Assembly (NCBI RefSeq): GCF_006345805.1
Contig: NC_043006.1
Coordinates: 20,088,001-20,152,000 of the forward strand
Reading direction: 5' to 3'
DNA: 64,000 bases
Source of the DNA: Octopus sinensis
Lineage: Eukaryota
Positions 46,760 to 58,935 of this stretch are shown in pieces. The stretch's first letter is position 1. The number at the start of each line of letters is the position of its first letter. The notes beneath the pieces were generated by a model, which saw nothing but the letters and a program-made list of their open reading frames with translations, made no database searches and was not told the origin of the DNA. The position numbers were made by a program, and so were the translations under genes.

Positions 46760-47575
46760 TACACAAAAAATGGGCTGGGGAAAGTTCAGAGAGTTTCTAC
46801 CTTTGTTGGTAACTAAAGGTCTCTCCCTCAGAGTGAAAGGCAGATTGCATGATGCCGCTGTACCTACAGCTAAGTTACCTGGTAGTGAAACATGAACTGT
46901 GACACCAGATGACAGGTGAAAGCTTGTAAGGAATGAAGCTAGCATGCTCCACTGGATGGGTAAGGTAAGTGTGCAAGCATGACAAAGTATAAAGGATTCA
47001 AGAGGAAAACTGTGTATAAGAGGCATAAGACATTGTGCACAAGAAAGAAGACTGCACTGGTATGATCATGTGATGTGTATGGATGAGGACAGCTGCATGA
47101 AGAAGTGCTGAGCTTTAATTGTGGAAGGTACCTGTGGAAGGGGTAGATCCAGGAAGACATGGGATGAAGCAGTGAGAAAGGATCTTCAGACACTGGGCCT
47201 CACTGAAAAATATGACAAGAGACCAGGAGATGTGATGCTTTGCTGTACTTAGTAAGATGTATCAAGCTAAATAAAATCGCTGTCTTTCACACATACAGGC
47301 TTGTCCTTCAGATGCTGGTACCACTTGAAAAGCACAGATGCTGATGCTGTGTTAATGTACCCATGCTAGTGCTACATAAATGCACCCATGCTGGTGACAT
47401 GTAGAAAGCACCCAGCACACTCTGCTAAATGGTTGGCATCAGGAAGGGTATCCAGCCATAGAAACCGTGTCACAACAGACAGTTGGGGTCTGGACAGCTC
47501 CCTGCTAGCCAGCACCGTGTCAAACCATCCAACCCAGGCCAGCATGGAAAATGGACATTAAATCATGATGATAAG
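46760..47575 (+). mobile_element. Old RTE 3' portion
   Basis: WGKFREFLPLLVTKGLSLRVKGRL and GRSRKTWDE remnants, plus tail. Confidence 0.82.
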
Positions 47576-47603
47576 CAAAAAATATTAAACAATTTTTTTT
47601 ACC

Positions 47604-48020
47604 GCAGGAGTGGCCATGTGGTAAGTAGCTTGCTAACCAACCACATGGTTGCGGGTTCAGTCCCACTGCGTGGCATCTTGGGCAAGTGTCTTCTGCTATA
47701 GCCCCGGGCCGACCAATGCCTTGTGAGTGGATTTGGTAGACGGAAACTGAAAGAAGCCTGTCGTATATATGTATATATATATGTATGTATGTGTGTGTGT
47801 TTGTGTGTCTGTGTTTGTCCCCCTAGCATTGCTTGACAACCGATGCTGGTGTGTTTGCATCCCTGTCACTTAGCGGTTCGGCAAAAGAGACCGATAGAAT
47901 AAGTACTGGGCTTACAAAGAATAAGTCCCGGGGGTCGAGTTGCTCGATTAAAGGCGGTGCTCCAGCATGGCCGCAGTCAAATGACTGAAACAAGTAAAAG
48001 AGTAAAAGAGTAAAAAGAGC
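47604..48020 (+). mobile_element. SINE family A
   Basis: Full length. Confidence 0.9.
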
Positions 48021-48593
48021 AAAGTAATTAGACGGGGGACAAAACAGCTGATGAATTGAAGATTTTAACAGAATTCGTGAATAAATGTATAAAGAAAGAA
48101 AGGTCAAAATAATAGATTTAGTAGCCCAGGCTTTACTGCTCATCAGGTTGAGAAAGGCAAACTGTCAAAATATTAGACACTCTCTGAAAGGTTTATGGCC
48201 AAGCCTGTGGCAGTGGGAACCTCCAGTGTTCTTGCCCACCCCAACAGACTATATCCCTGTTCACTGCCATCGGGGAGGCGGGGGGCAATCTTTCAGTGTC
48301 AGCCCCATGAGTCAGAGTAGCTGTTGCAGCGCATCTTCCTCACCATCCTCTCAAGGTAACACCTTTTCCATTTTGTCTGCTGGAACTAAGGAGGCAGTCT
48401 GAATTACAGGAAATTGTGAAAATGTAAGAATTTTATAACTTACTGCCTGTAGTTGGTCAATATACTATCTCATTTACTTTCGACCTACTTAACACTTTAT
48501 TTTCTCAACAAATTGCATTCAACAACAATATACTTCTATATGAAGTCAATGTATATGGACATATATATACATATATATATATATAAATATATA

Positions 48594-49000
48594 GGCGCAG
48601 GAGTGGCTGTGTGGTAAGTAGCTTGCTAACCAACCACATGGTTCCGGGTTCAGTCCCACTGCGTGGCATCTTGGGCAAGTGTCTTCTGCTATAGCCCCGG
48701 GCCGACCAATGCCTTGTGAGTGGATTTGGTAGACGGAAACTGAAAGAAGCCTGTCGTATATATGTACATATATATATATGTGTGTGTTTGTGTGTCTGTG
48801 TTTGTCCTAGCATTGCTTGACAACCGATGCTGGTGTGTTTACGTCCCCGTCACTTAGCGGTTCGGCAAAAGAGACCGATAGAATAAGTACTGGGCTTACA
48901 AAGAATAAGTCCCAGGGTCGATTTGCTCAACTAAAGGCGGTGCTCCAGCATGGCCGCAGTCAAATGACTGAAACAAGTAAAAGAGAGTAAAAAAGAGAGA
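48594..49000 (+). mobile_element. SINE family A
   Basis: Full length. Confidence 0.9.
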
Positions 49001-49012
49001 AAAGATATACAT

Positions 49013-49688
49013 TGTTGTTGGCATCCTTTTTGTCTCAGGAGAAAATTGAGTTGCGCATAAAATAATCTAGTCAGGCTTTTACATTTCATGTCCTAATACA
49101 TCTCCTGCTGTGGCTGTGTAGTCCTATCATGGACAAACACTCCCTCTCGCAGGTGCTGCAAATGTAGCGAAGACTTTGCCTGGCTGGTTGCAATGTCATA
49201 GTTTCTTGTTGACGTCTTTTCTTGTCTTTCCATTTCTCCTCTCTTTCTCTCTGACACTCCTTTGTGTTCCGCACAGTAGAAGTGACAGGAAAACTATTCA
49301 ATCTCTCGCGTCTGCATGCCAAGACCAAAATCAAAAGCGTCCTGATCAAGGAGATGCTATTTGCTGATGATGCCGCTCTGGTATCACACACAGAAGAAGC
49401 CCTACAAAGGCTCATCAACTGTTTTGAGCAAGCATGTAGCGACTTTGGCTTAGTTATCACCCTCAAGAAGACCAACATCATGGGTCAGGCTACATCGAAC
49501 ATCCCAAACATACATATTGGAGACCACAGACTACAGGAGATGGAGAAGTTTACCTACCTTGGCTCTACCGTCACCTACAACCCATCCCTTGATGGTGAGC
49601 TCAATATATGCATTGGCAAGGCAGCTGCTGCGATGGCCCAACTCTCCAAACAGGCATGGGACAACAATAAGCTGACCAAAACCACAAA
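49013..49688. mobile_element. RTE-BovB-like LINE with a 5' inversion
   Basis: Minus strand 49013-~49270 is the C-terminal CSTC...HSHSRRC, 3'UTR and (CAA)n; plus strand ~49275-49688 is RT LFADDAAL...FTYLGS. Confidence 0.85.
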
Positions 49689-49839
49689 AAATATATACAT
49701 ATACATACACACACACAACACACACATACATATATATATATATAAAGACGTTTTCTATTCCTGAGCGCTATACTAATACATCAGTTTGTTTTGTACACCA
49801 CCTGTCTTCGTCTTTTGTTTTTTTCGTAAACTTTCCCTA

Positions 49840-50110
49840 TATATATATATAATTATATATATATATATATAATATATATATATGTATGTATATATTTGAA
49901 GAAATGAATAGAAACGGCTTATCCAAAAATTTTCCCACTTAAATAATTAGATGCTTATAAAACTTTAAAATACCTAATTATTAAAGTGGAAAAAATGATC
50001 AGAAAAGTCATTTCTATTCATTTTTTCAAATATATGATACTGTACCAAGGACTTTCTATTTGTCATTCTACTATGTATATATATATATATACATATATAT
50101 ATACATATAT

Positions 50111-50156
<46 letters not shown>

Positions 50157-50157
50157 C

Positions 50158-50216
<59 letters not shown>

Positions 50217-50226
50217 CATATATATA
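49840..50226. repeat. (TA)n-rich microsatellites
   Basis: Direct reading. Confidence 0.9.
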
Positions 50227-50361
50227 CAAGATAAAAAATTCAATTTAGAATTTGGATTTTATTCACCCAATATAATATTATATATATTATATTGTGTGAA
50301 ATTTGATTTAGTATTTCTAAATTGAATTTTTTTCCTTGTAAGTTTGGATTTTATTCCCTGA

Positions 50362-50398
<37 letters not shown>

Positions 50399-50484
50399 AT
50401 CCAAACAAGAAAACACAAAAAAACGCGAGGACGTGGAACAAATATAGTATTATTGGACGCTCAGGAAAGAAGGGAAGAAGGGGG

Positions 50485-50519
50485 GTTTAACGTTTCGAGC
50501 GGAGCTCTTCATCGGAAAC
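50485..50519 (-). ncRNA. Minimal type I hammerhead-like ribozyme motif in a Penelope-like repeat fragment (~50445-50600)
   Basis: GUUU-CCGAUGA-A-GAGC-UCC-GCUC-GAAAC-GU-U-AAAC; U4C core variant. Confidence 0.55.
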
Positions 50520-50892
50520 ATAGGAGAAGGAAAGATCCAGAGAAGGGAAGACAGAGGAAAAAAAATCGCCAACGGTACACACAAGGTCACATTTTGAAAG
50601 ACTGGAAGGAGAAAGGGCCATATATATATATATATATTATAATAAATAATAAATGCGTCCTTTTCAAGCCTAGCCAGGCTCATGGTTTCCCAGTTTCAAT
50701 GGCATATGTGTTCCCCAGCTGGACAGGACACCAGTCCATCGCAGCGTTACTCATTTTTGCCAGCAGAGTGGACTGGAGCAACGTGAAAGGAGGTGCTTTG
50801 CTCAAGAACACAACATGTCGCCTGGTCCAGGAATCGAAACCACAATCTTATGATCATGATGCTGACACTCTAATCACTGAGCCACGCGCCTC

Positions 50893-50945
<53 letters not shown>

Positions 50946-51173
50946 GTATATATCATCATCATCATCATCGTTTAACGTCTGTTTTCCGCGCTATATGTAT
51001 ATTTAAATGGGTGAATGAATTATCCTTTGTTTACCGTTAACATGGAGAATTCAATAAACACTTACCGGGGTAGCAAAATTCACGCAAATAACACGGATGA
51101 AGCGACCTATTCAAAGGTAGAAACTCCGGAGATGGTCATAGCCCATTTATTTACTTATATATTTATATATATA

Positions 51174-51590
51174 GGCGCAGGAGTGGCTGTGTGGTAAGTA
51201 GCTTGTTTACCAACCACATGGTTCCGGGTTCAGTCCCACTGCATAGCACCTTGGGCAAGTGTCTTCTACTATAGCCTCGGGCCGACCAAAGCCTTGTGAG
51301 TGGATTTGGTAGACGGAAACTGAAAGAAGCCCGTCGTATATATGTACATATATATATGCGTGCGTGTGTTTGTGTGTCTGTGTTTGTCCCCCTAGCATTG
51401 CTTGACAACCGATGCTGGTGTGTTTATGTTCCCGTTACTTAGCGGTTCGGCAAAAGTGACCGATAGAATAAGTACTGGGCTTACAAAGGAATAAGTCTCG
51501 GGGTCGATTAGCTCGATTAAAAGGCAGTGCTCCAGCATGGCCGCAGTCAAATGACTGAAACAAGTAAAAGAGTAAAAGAGTAAAAGAATA
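51174..51590 (+). mobile_element. SINE family A
   Basis: Full length. Confidence 0.9.
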
Positions 51591-51716
51591 TATATGTATG
51601 TATGTATGTATATATCATTTTCCATCTACCAAATATATTCACAAGGCTTGTATACACACACACACACACATATTGTGACTGGGCCATGATTTATAAGAGA
51701 GGAAATTCAAACTCAC

Positions 51717-51783
51717 GGGTGGTACCCTTTGTCGTTTGTTACATTTCTTCAAGTGACTGTCCAAGTTATCTTCATACACTGTA
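51717..51783 (-). CDS. TRMT13: TRMT13 exon B: (H)TVYEDNLDSHLKKCNKRQRVPP, completes the CHHC zinc finger
   Basis: ctctgatttacag acceptor, gtgagt donor, phase 2 to 0; C-x5-H-x9-H-x3-C across exons A and B. Confidence 0.95.
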
Positions 51784-52036
51784 CTGTAAATCAGAGAGAA
51801 AAGAAAATTATATTTACATGTACACTTTAGACACCCAACATGAATTTCAGCCTATAGTGGGACCAAACCATGTCTAACATAATAGCATCACTGCATCACC
51901 TTTTCAGTTGTTGTTGCTGTTGTTTAGGTTTAAGTCAACCATGTTTGACCAGGTCTATGATCAAAGTATTCCAGCTGAAATCGTACTATCTTTTATTTCA
52001 GGTATATTGTACCTGAAGCTGTATTATCTAAATATA

Positions 52037-52270
52037 AAGGCAGTGAGCTGGCAGAATCGTTAGCATGCTGGGCGAAATTCTTAGCGGGATTTTGTCTGCC
52101 GTTATGTTCTGAGTTCAAATTCCGCCGAGGTCGACTTTGCCTTTCATCCTTTCAGGGTCGATTAAATAAGCACCAGTTACGCACTGGGGTCGATATAGTC
52201 GACTTAATCCATTTGTCTGTCCTTGTTTGTCCTCTCTGTGTTTAGCCCCTTCTGGGTAGTAAAGAAATAT
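52037..52270 (+). mobile_element. SINE family C
   Basis: Full length. Confidence 0.88.
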
Positions 52271-52404
52271 GTATTATCTAAGTATGTTCTGTTTTAAGAC
52301 AGCAAAGTGTGATTTGAGGGATATCTAACTGCGTTTTCTAGCAAGCCAAGTATTCCCCTGAAAGAAGCCCATATATATGCATATGAAGAAGTCCATAAAT
52401 ATAC

Positions 52405-55090
52405 ATGTATGACTGGTGTAGCAGCACCATAGTCAATTGCTACAAAGGTAAAGGTGATGCTTTAGATAGAAATAACTACAGGGGTATCAAATTGCTGGAT
52501 CAGGTGATGAAGGTCACGGAGATGGTCATAGCCCAACTAATTAGGGAGAGAGCCCGCTTAGATGAGATGCAGTTTGGGATGCTATATTTCTGGTAAGGCA
52601 ACTACTGAAGAAATATCTAGCCGAAGATAAACCTCTGTACTTGGAGAAAGCCTTTGACAGGGTCCCCGATCCCTTATCTGGTGGGCAATGCAGAAACTAG
52701 GCATAGACGAGTGGTTAGTAAGAGCTGTACAGGGATGCTGTCAGTAAGGTGAGGGTCGGCAATGAGTATAGTGAAGAATTCTGGGATCTTCTCCTTTTGA
52801 ACGGCAGTTTTCAACACAATTTCTAGTTAACTAAACACTTTTAAACTTCGTAAACTGGTAGAATGTGTTTATAAAACATCATTTTTTCTTGGCTTTATTG
52901 AGACAATTCTATAGTTTGTAAGATATTTCCACTTTAAAATCGAGCTTTTCGGCAATTTTAACCAATCAAATACGTCCATTTGGAGTCAAAACATACCATG
53001 CTGTATGAATATGTCCCTCAGAAACAGATTGGGTTTATTTACATTTAAGAAGAAAAAAAAGATACCCTTCCCCCACCTAACCCTAACTCTAACTAAACCT
53101 AACCCTAAAATAGATTGAAATGCAATAGATCGATACTAGGGCCATAATTATGGGTGACAATTTCATACGACACTGCTACGGAAAATGGGATTTCTAGCGG
53201 TGTCGTATGAAATTGTCACCCAAATTATGGCCCTAGTATCGATCTATTGCATTTCAATCTATTTTAGGGTTAGGTTTAGTTAGAGTTAGGGTTAGGGGTG
53301 GGGGATGGGTATCTTTTTTTTCTTCTTAAATGTAAATAAACCCAATCTGTTTCTTAAACGAGGGACATATTCATACAGCACAGTATGTTTTCACTCCAAA
53401 TGGACGTATTTGATTGGTTAAAATTGCCGAAAAGCTCGATTTTAAAGTGGAAATATATTACAACATATAGAATTTTCTCAATAAAGCCAAGAAAAAATGA
53501 TGTTTTATAAACACATTCTACCAGTTTACGAAGTTTAAAAGTGTTTAGTTAACTAGAAATTGTGTTGACATATGCCGTTCAAAAGGAAAAGATCTGAATA
53601 TTGGGTAGAAGTAGGGGTTCACCAAGGATCAGTCCTCATCCCCCTCTTATTCACCATAGTCCTCCAGGCAATAACAGAGGAATTCAAGACAGGCTTCTCC
53701 TGGGAGCTCCTCTATGCTGATGACCTTGCTCTCATAGCTAAATCATTACCAGAACTAGAGTAAATATTTCAGTTGTGGAAGCAAGGTCTAGAATCGAAGG
53801 GCCTTAGAGTCAACATAGCAAAAACCAAAGTCCTAGTAAGTAGGAAGGTGGACAAGTCACAAACCCCTTCAGGTAGATGGCCCTGCTTGATCTGTAGAAT
53901 AGGTGTAGGTAGAAACCCCATAAGATGTACCCAGTGTAAGCTATGGACAAATAAGACGTGCAGCAATATCAAATGGAAAGTTAACTGTGATGATAGTTTT
54001 TGTGTGCGGCAGATGCACAGGGGCAATAAACACCAAAGATGTTCAGAAAACAGATTCCATCACATGCCAGGGCGAGAAACTAGAAGTAGTTGATAGCTTC
54101 TGTTACCTAGGTGATCAAGTTTATAGTAGGTGCGGATGCTCTGAGAGTATTGCCACTAGAATAAGAATAGCCTGGGCAAAGTTCAGAAAGCTCCTACCTC
54201 TGATGGTAACAAAGGGCCTCTCACTCAGAGTGAAAGGTAGACTGTATGATGCATGTATGTGAACAGCCATGCTACACAGCAGTGAAACATGGGCCATGAC
54301 TGTTGAGGACATACATAGGCTTGAAAGAAATTAAGCTAGTATGATCTGCTGGATGTGTAATGTCAGCGTGCACACACAATGGAGTGTAAGCACCCTGAGA
54401 GAAATGTTGGACATAAAAAGCATCAGATGTGAAGTACAAGAGAGATGACTGTGCTGGTATGGTCATGTGCTGCGTATAGATGAGGAGAGCTAACAGTGGA
54501 AAGAATCCGTGGAAGAGAGAGACCCAGAAAGACATGGGATGAAGTGGTGGAGCACAACCTTCAAAAGTTGGGCCTCACAGTGGCAAGGACAAAAGACAAA
54601 GACCTCTGGAGATATGCTGTGATTGAGAAGACCTGGCAAATAAAGTGTGATCACAGCCATAGCCTATACCAGTGTTGCATAACCAGCCCATTTAAAAGTA
54701 ACCTTGAATCATTGGGTGATATGCTTTGCTTGAGAAGACCTATTGAGTCAATCAAAATGAAAACCAAAATCAAATCAAGATCAAAATTAAAATGGAAATT
54801 GTAGTTGTGGTCAGTGCCAGTGCTGCCTGACTGGCACCCGTGCTGGTGGCACATAAGCACCATTCAAGTGCGGGTCAATGCCAGTGTTGCCTGACTGGAT
54901 CCCAAGCCGGTGGCACGTAAAAAGCACCCACTACACTCTCAGAGTAGTTGGCATTAGGAGGGGCATCCAGCTGTAAAAACCTTGCCAGATCAGATTGGAG
55001 CCTGGTACAGCCAACTGGTTTGCCAGTCCCCAGTCAAACTGTCCAAGCCATGCCAGCATGGAAAATGGACATTAAATAATGATGATGATA
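52405..55090 (+). mobile_element. Degraded RTE LINE (RT, PHD insert, C-terminus, UTR, tail) split by the foldback element
   Basis: NYRGIKLLDQVMKV, VGVHQGSVL.PLLF, LLYADDLAL, NIAKTKVL, FCYLGDQ. Confidence 0.92.
52784..53595. mobile_element. 812-bp foldback DNA element (~395-bp arms, 16-nt loop), Merlin-like
   Basis: Near-perfect palindrome, GGATC ends, decayed 8-bp TSD gaattctg/gaatattg, TTAGGG-like blocks. Confidence 0.9.
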
Positions 55091-55382
55091 TATATATATA
55101 TATATGGAGAGAGATAGAGAGAAAAGACTAAAGTGTACGTACGCTGCTATATTTATATAAAAAGGAATACCAAATATGGGACAAGAACGCAAAACATCCA
55201 GACAGTTAGAGGATACAAAAAAGGGGCAACAAAATAACCAGACAGATGATACAAAAAAACAAGGACAGGTCCTTCGGAGTTTTCTTTCCTCAGTCGAGTT
55301 CCAGATTATCTTTGCAATTTCGGCTGCAAGAATGAAAGAATAATGGAGACATACAAAACTTAGATATATATATATGTATATA

Positions 55383-55768
55383 CTCTTTTACTTGTTTCAG
55401 TCATTTGACTGCGGCCATGCTGGAGCACCGCCTTTAGTCGAGCAAATCAACCCCGGGACTTATTCTTTGTAAGCCCAGTACTTATTCTATCGGTCTCTTT
55501 TGCCGAACCGCTAAGTGACGGGGACGTAAACACACCAGCATTGGTTGTCAAGCAATGCTAGGGGGACAAACACAGACACACACCTACATATGTATATACA
55601 TATATACGACAGGCTTCTTTCAGTTTCCGTCTACCAAATCCACTCACAAGGCATTGGTCGGCCCGGGGCTATAGCAGAAGACACTTGCCCAAGATGCCAT
55701 GCAGTGGGACTGAACCCGGAACCATGTGGTTGGTTAGCAAGCTACTTACCACACAGCCACTCCCGCAT
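55383..55768 (-). mobile_element. SINE family A
   Basis: Full length, reverse orientation. Confidence 0.9.
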
Positions 55769-56164
55769 ATGTATTTACATAGAAGAGATCAAAGTGTACG
55801 TACACTGCTATATTTATATAAAAAGGAATACCAAAAATGGGACAAGAACGCAAAGCATCCAAACAGTTAGAAGATACAAAAAAGCAAGTCTCACTGTTAG
55901 AGAAGCAGAATCATTCATTTCCAATATTCTGTGTGAACATGTCTAGCCATGGGGGAAACAGGTGAGGGTCAGTGACAGAAAAGGAGTCTGGTTGTGGAAA
56001 ATCTGCATCAAATAAACTCCATCTAATCCATGCAAGCACGGAAAAGTGGATGTTAAATGAAAGAGGGAAGGAAGGAAGGAAGGAAGGAAAGAAGGAAGGA
56101 CAAACAGATGGGCATAATGGTATATAAAGCTCTGAATGAATACAATGTTATATTGGTCACTTAC

Positions 56165-56211
56165 TGCTTGGAGTCCAAAGGGCAAGGAATCCTCTTTCGT
56201 CTTGTTGGGTC
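56165..56211 (-). CDS. TRMT13: TRMT13 coding exon A (first in window): DPTRRKRIPCPLDSK(H)
   Basis: ttttttaatag acceptor, gtaagt donor, phase 0 to 2; matches the TRM13 RKRIxCPLDxKH segment as I recall it. Confidence 0.93.
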
Positions 56212-56402
56212 CTATTAAAAAAATATATAGAAGACAAACAAATGCAATTACTGGTATATTACAATGATGTGGTGGTCACTAACTGAACAACATAAGCGTC
56301 ATCAACTACAACATCATGATAACACACTTCACCAAAGTATACTTCAGGTCCCACCAATCTCAAATATTCAATGTCCAGCATCTTAAAACTGTTTCAGTTT
56401 AA

Positions 56403-56622
56403 CCCTTTCGTTACCAACCCGGCTGAAACCGGCCTTGGCTCTGAATACAAACGTCTTGTTTTCTTAAGTTTTGAATTAAAATCTTCCACCAAACCTTAGT
56501 CACAATTTATGTTCCTAACACTAGTTTAATGATAACTAAGTTCTTTTACTAAATTCTTTGTTATATTTAAAGTTATTGAAAGAAACACAGAGCATCTCAA
56601 AATAAATACAGTAACGAAATGG
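56403..56622 (+). mobile_element. piggyBac-like MITE PB1 (220 bp)
   Basis: TTAA flanks, near-identical to 7504-7723. Confidence 0.9.
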
Positions 56623-56999
56623 TTAAAAGAGCCAGTTTTGTGAACATTGACCCCCACCATTCTGACAATCTATTTATTATACCAGCTGTAGAAAAACTAT
56701 GATCTTTGAGGCTCTTAAGCGCATAAAACAATGAATGTTTGTTGATTGCATGGTAGCTATATTTATTGCTACTAGCAGGACCCATGGAAATTTCACAGAA
56801 CAAAAAAGATTAAGAGAAACTGTTTAACAGAGAAAGGATGGCATTTGAGAGCATAAAGATTAAAATTGTAGTTGAGAAAAAGTTAGTTGACACAGAGGAC
56901 TGGAAGCCATCTGAATATTGGAAAAACATTACCATTATCATGATTCATGCTGGATATTAAAATGCCAACATTATAACATTATAATGGTGATCGTTACCA

Positions 57000-57508
57000 A
57001 AGTCGCCTTACTGGCACCTGTGCTGGGGGCATGTGTAAAAGGATTCGAGTAAGGTCGTTGCCAGTACCTATTTCTTTATTACCCACAAGGGGCTAAACAC
57101 AGAGGGGACAAACATAGGTATTAAGTTGATTACATCGTTCCCAGTGCGTAACTGGTATTTAATTTATCGACCCCGAAAGGATGAAAGGCAAAGTCGACCT
57201 CGGCGGAATTTGAACTCACAACGTAACGGCAGACGAAATACCACTAAGCATTTCGCCTGGCATACTAACGTTTCTGCCAGCTCGCCGCCGTCGTTGCCAG
57301 TACCACCTGACTGGCCCCCGTGCCAGTGGTACGTAAAAAGCACCCACTACACTCTCGGAGAGGTTGGCGTTAGGAAGGGCATCCATCTGTAGAAACTCTG
57401 CCAAATCAAGATTGGAGCCTAGTGCAGCCATCTGGTTTGCCAGCCCTCAGTCAAAATCGTCCAACCCATGCTAGCATGGAAAGAGGACGTTAAACGATGA
57501 TGATGATA
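57000..57508 (+). mobile_element. RTE tail with a nested SINE C (57068-57288, minus strand)
   Basis: 15-bp TSD gtcgttgccagtacc around the SINE. Confidence 0.87.
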
Positions 57509-57599
57509 TCTGCTGTTCAATGCTTTGTGAATATTGTAAAAGCTCCAAGACGTGGCACTGATAGCTGCATGGCTTCCATGTTATGCCTTATAGCTGTGG

Positions 57600-58195
57600 C
57601 CAACAGAAAGCTATGGGCAGCAGGAAGGGAAGCTGTAAGCATTCTGACTGTGTTCACATGCCAGAATTCACCCCACATCTTTGAACAGAGCTTTAGGTTC
57701 AATTCAGATGGCTATTTGCAGCTGCCACAGACTGTGGTCAACCCCTGGTTGGAAACAGTTGCCGTTGGAAGGCCATATTTGTGGCAGCAGAATTCAACTC
57801 ATTGCCATACCTCCAGAAAGAGTCAGAAGTGGTTGTTGGAGAATTTCTATAACTTCACCAGCCCCAATTTCCGATCTCCTTATTTCCTCAGTTGATAATC
57901 TCATGGATTTCTATGTGTGGGCCACGGTGGAGAAGGACATCAACCACTTTGCCTGCAACTGAGCTGGTTACCAAGGATCAGAGAGGTGTTGAAAGATCTT
58001 CTCAGGAATGCATACACCAGGTTCCAGAGCTATCTTGAGGCTGTAGTGGAAGCTGAGGGTAGCTACTTTGGTTAAATTCTTACCTTCCAACCATAATTGG
58101 TATTTTTTCATTTTTCAAATACTTTTATTTTTGGATGAGATACTGTTTTCAATTCCTTTAATGCAAATTGTTGAATTTAGCCCAAATACCCTGTA
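57600..58195 (+). mobile_element. IS630-Tc1-mariner transposase relic (DD37D/maT-like)
   Basis: GRPYLWQQNS..CHTSRKSQKWL.ENF and MDFYVWATVEKD; ends ccctg/ta. Confidence 0.75.
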
Positions 58196-58935
58196 TAGTA
58201 TGATATATTACATAGGCTAATAAAATATATCTGAAAAAAAAAGGGTTGAAGGTTATCCCAAGCCATAGGCTCATGAGGCTAGTTTACCAGATTCTGTGAT
58301 GAATATATATTCCCTCACTAGAATATGCTGTGCAGCAACACATAAAAGCACCTGCGCAGTTCCAAGTAAAAGTACCTGTGCAGTGTCACATAAAAGCACC
58401 TGTGCAGTGCCACCTGGCACACTCTGTCAAGTGGTTGGTGTTAGGAAGATGCAGCTTCCCAGCCCTGGTTAAACCATCTGAATCATGCCAGAATGGACAT
58501 TAAATGATGATGATGATGGATGGGATGCCAGTCTGCCATAAACTTACTTGTTCTTGTCATATGAAATTAAGTGTCTTGCTCAAGAACACAATGCCTTGCC
58601 TGGTCGAGGAATGTTATGACCATAGGTGCAACACCCTAACCACTAAGCCATGTGTTTCCTCAATAATATATAGTGTGACATATAGTATAAAACATATAGC
58701 AAGATACATAGCATATTAGAATATATAGCATGATACATTAAATAGTATAATGCAAGATATAGGGGATGAAGTAAGGGGGAGAGAAAAAAGGAAATTGCCA
58801 CCAAAGAAAAGCACACTCAGCTAAAGGGAAAACCAGTAATGCTGGTAGAGAGCTCCTTCAAATGTGTAATTGCCACTCCCGTGTGGGCCTCTTCAACCAC
58901 AGCAGATACTGCACTACCATCAGCAGCTGGCACAA

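Noticed and set aside
50453-51040. 195-aa ORF
   Set aside because: Chance read-through across repeat fragments and TA/CA microsatellites; no recognisable domain.
53077-53297. Interstitial telomere or chromosome fusion site
   Set aside because: Only a few degenerate units, placed symmetrically inside a TSD-flanked transposon.
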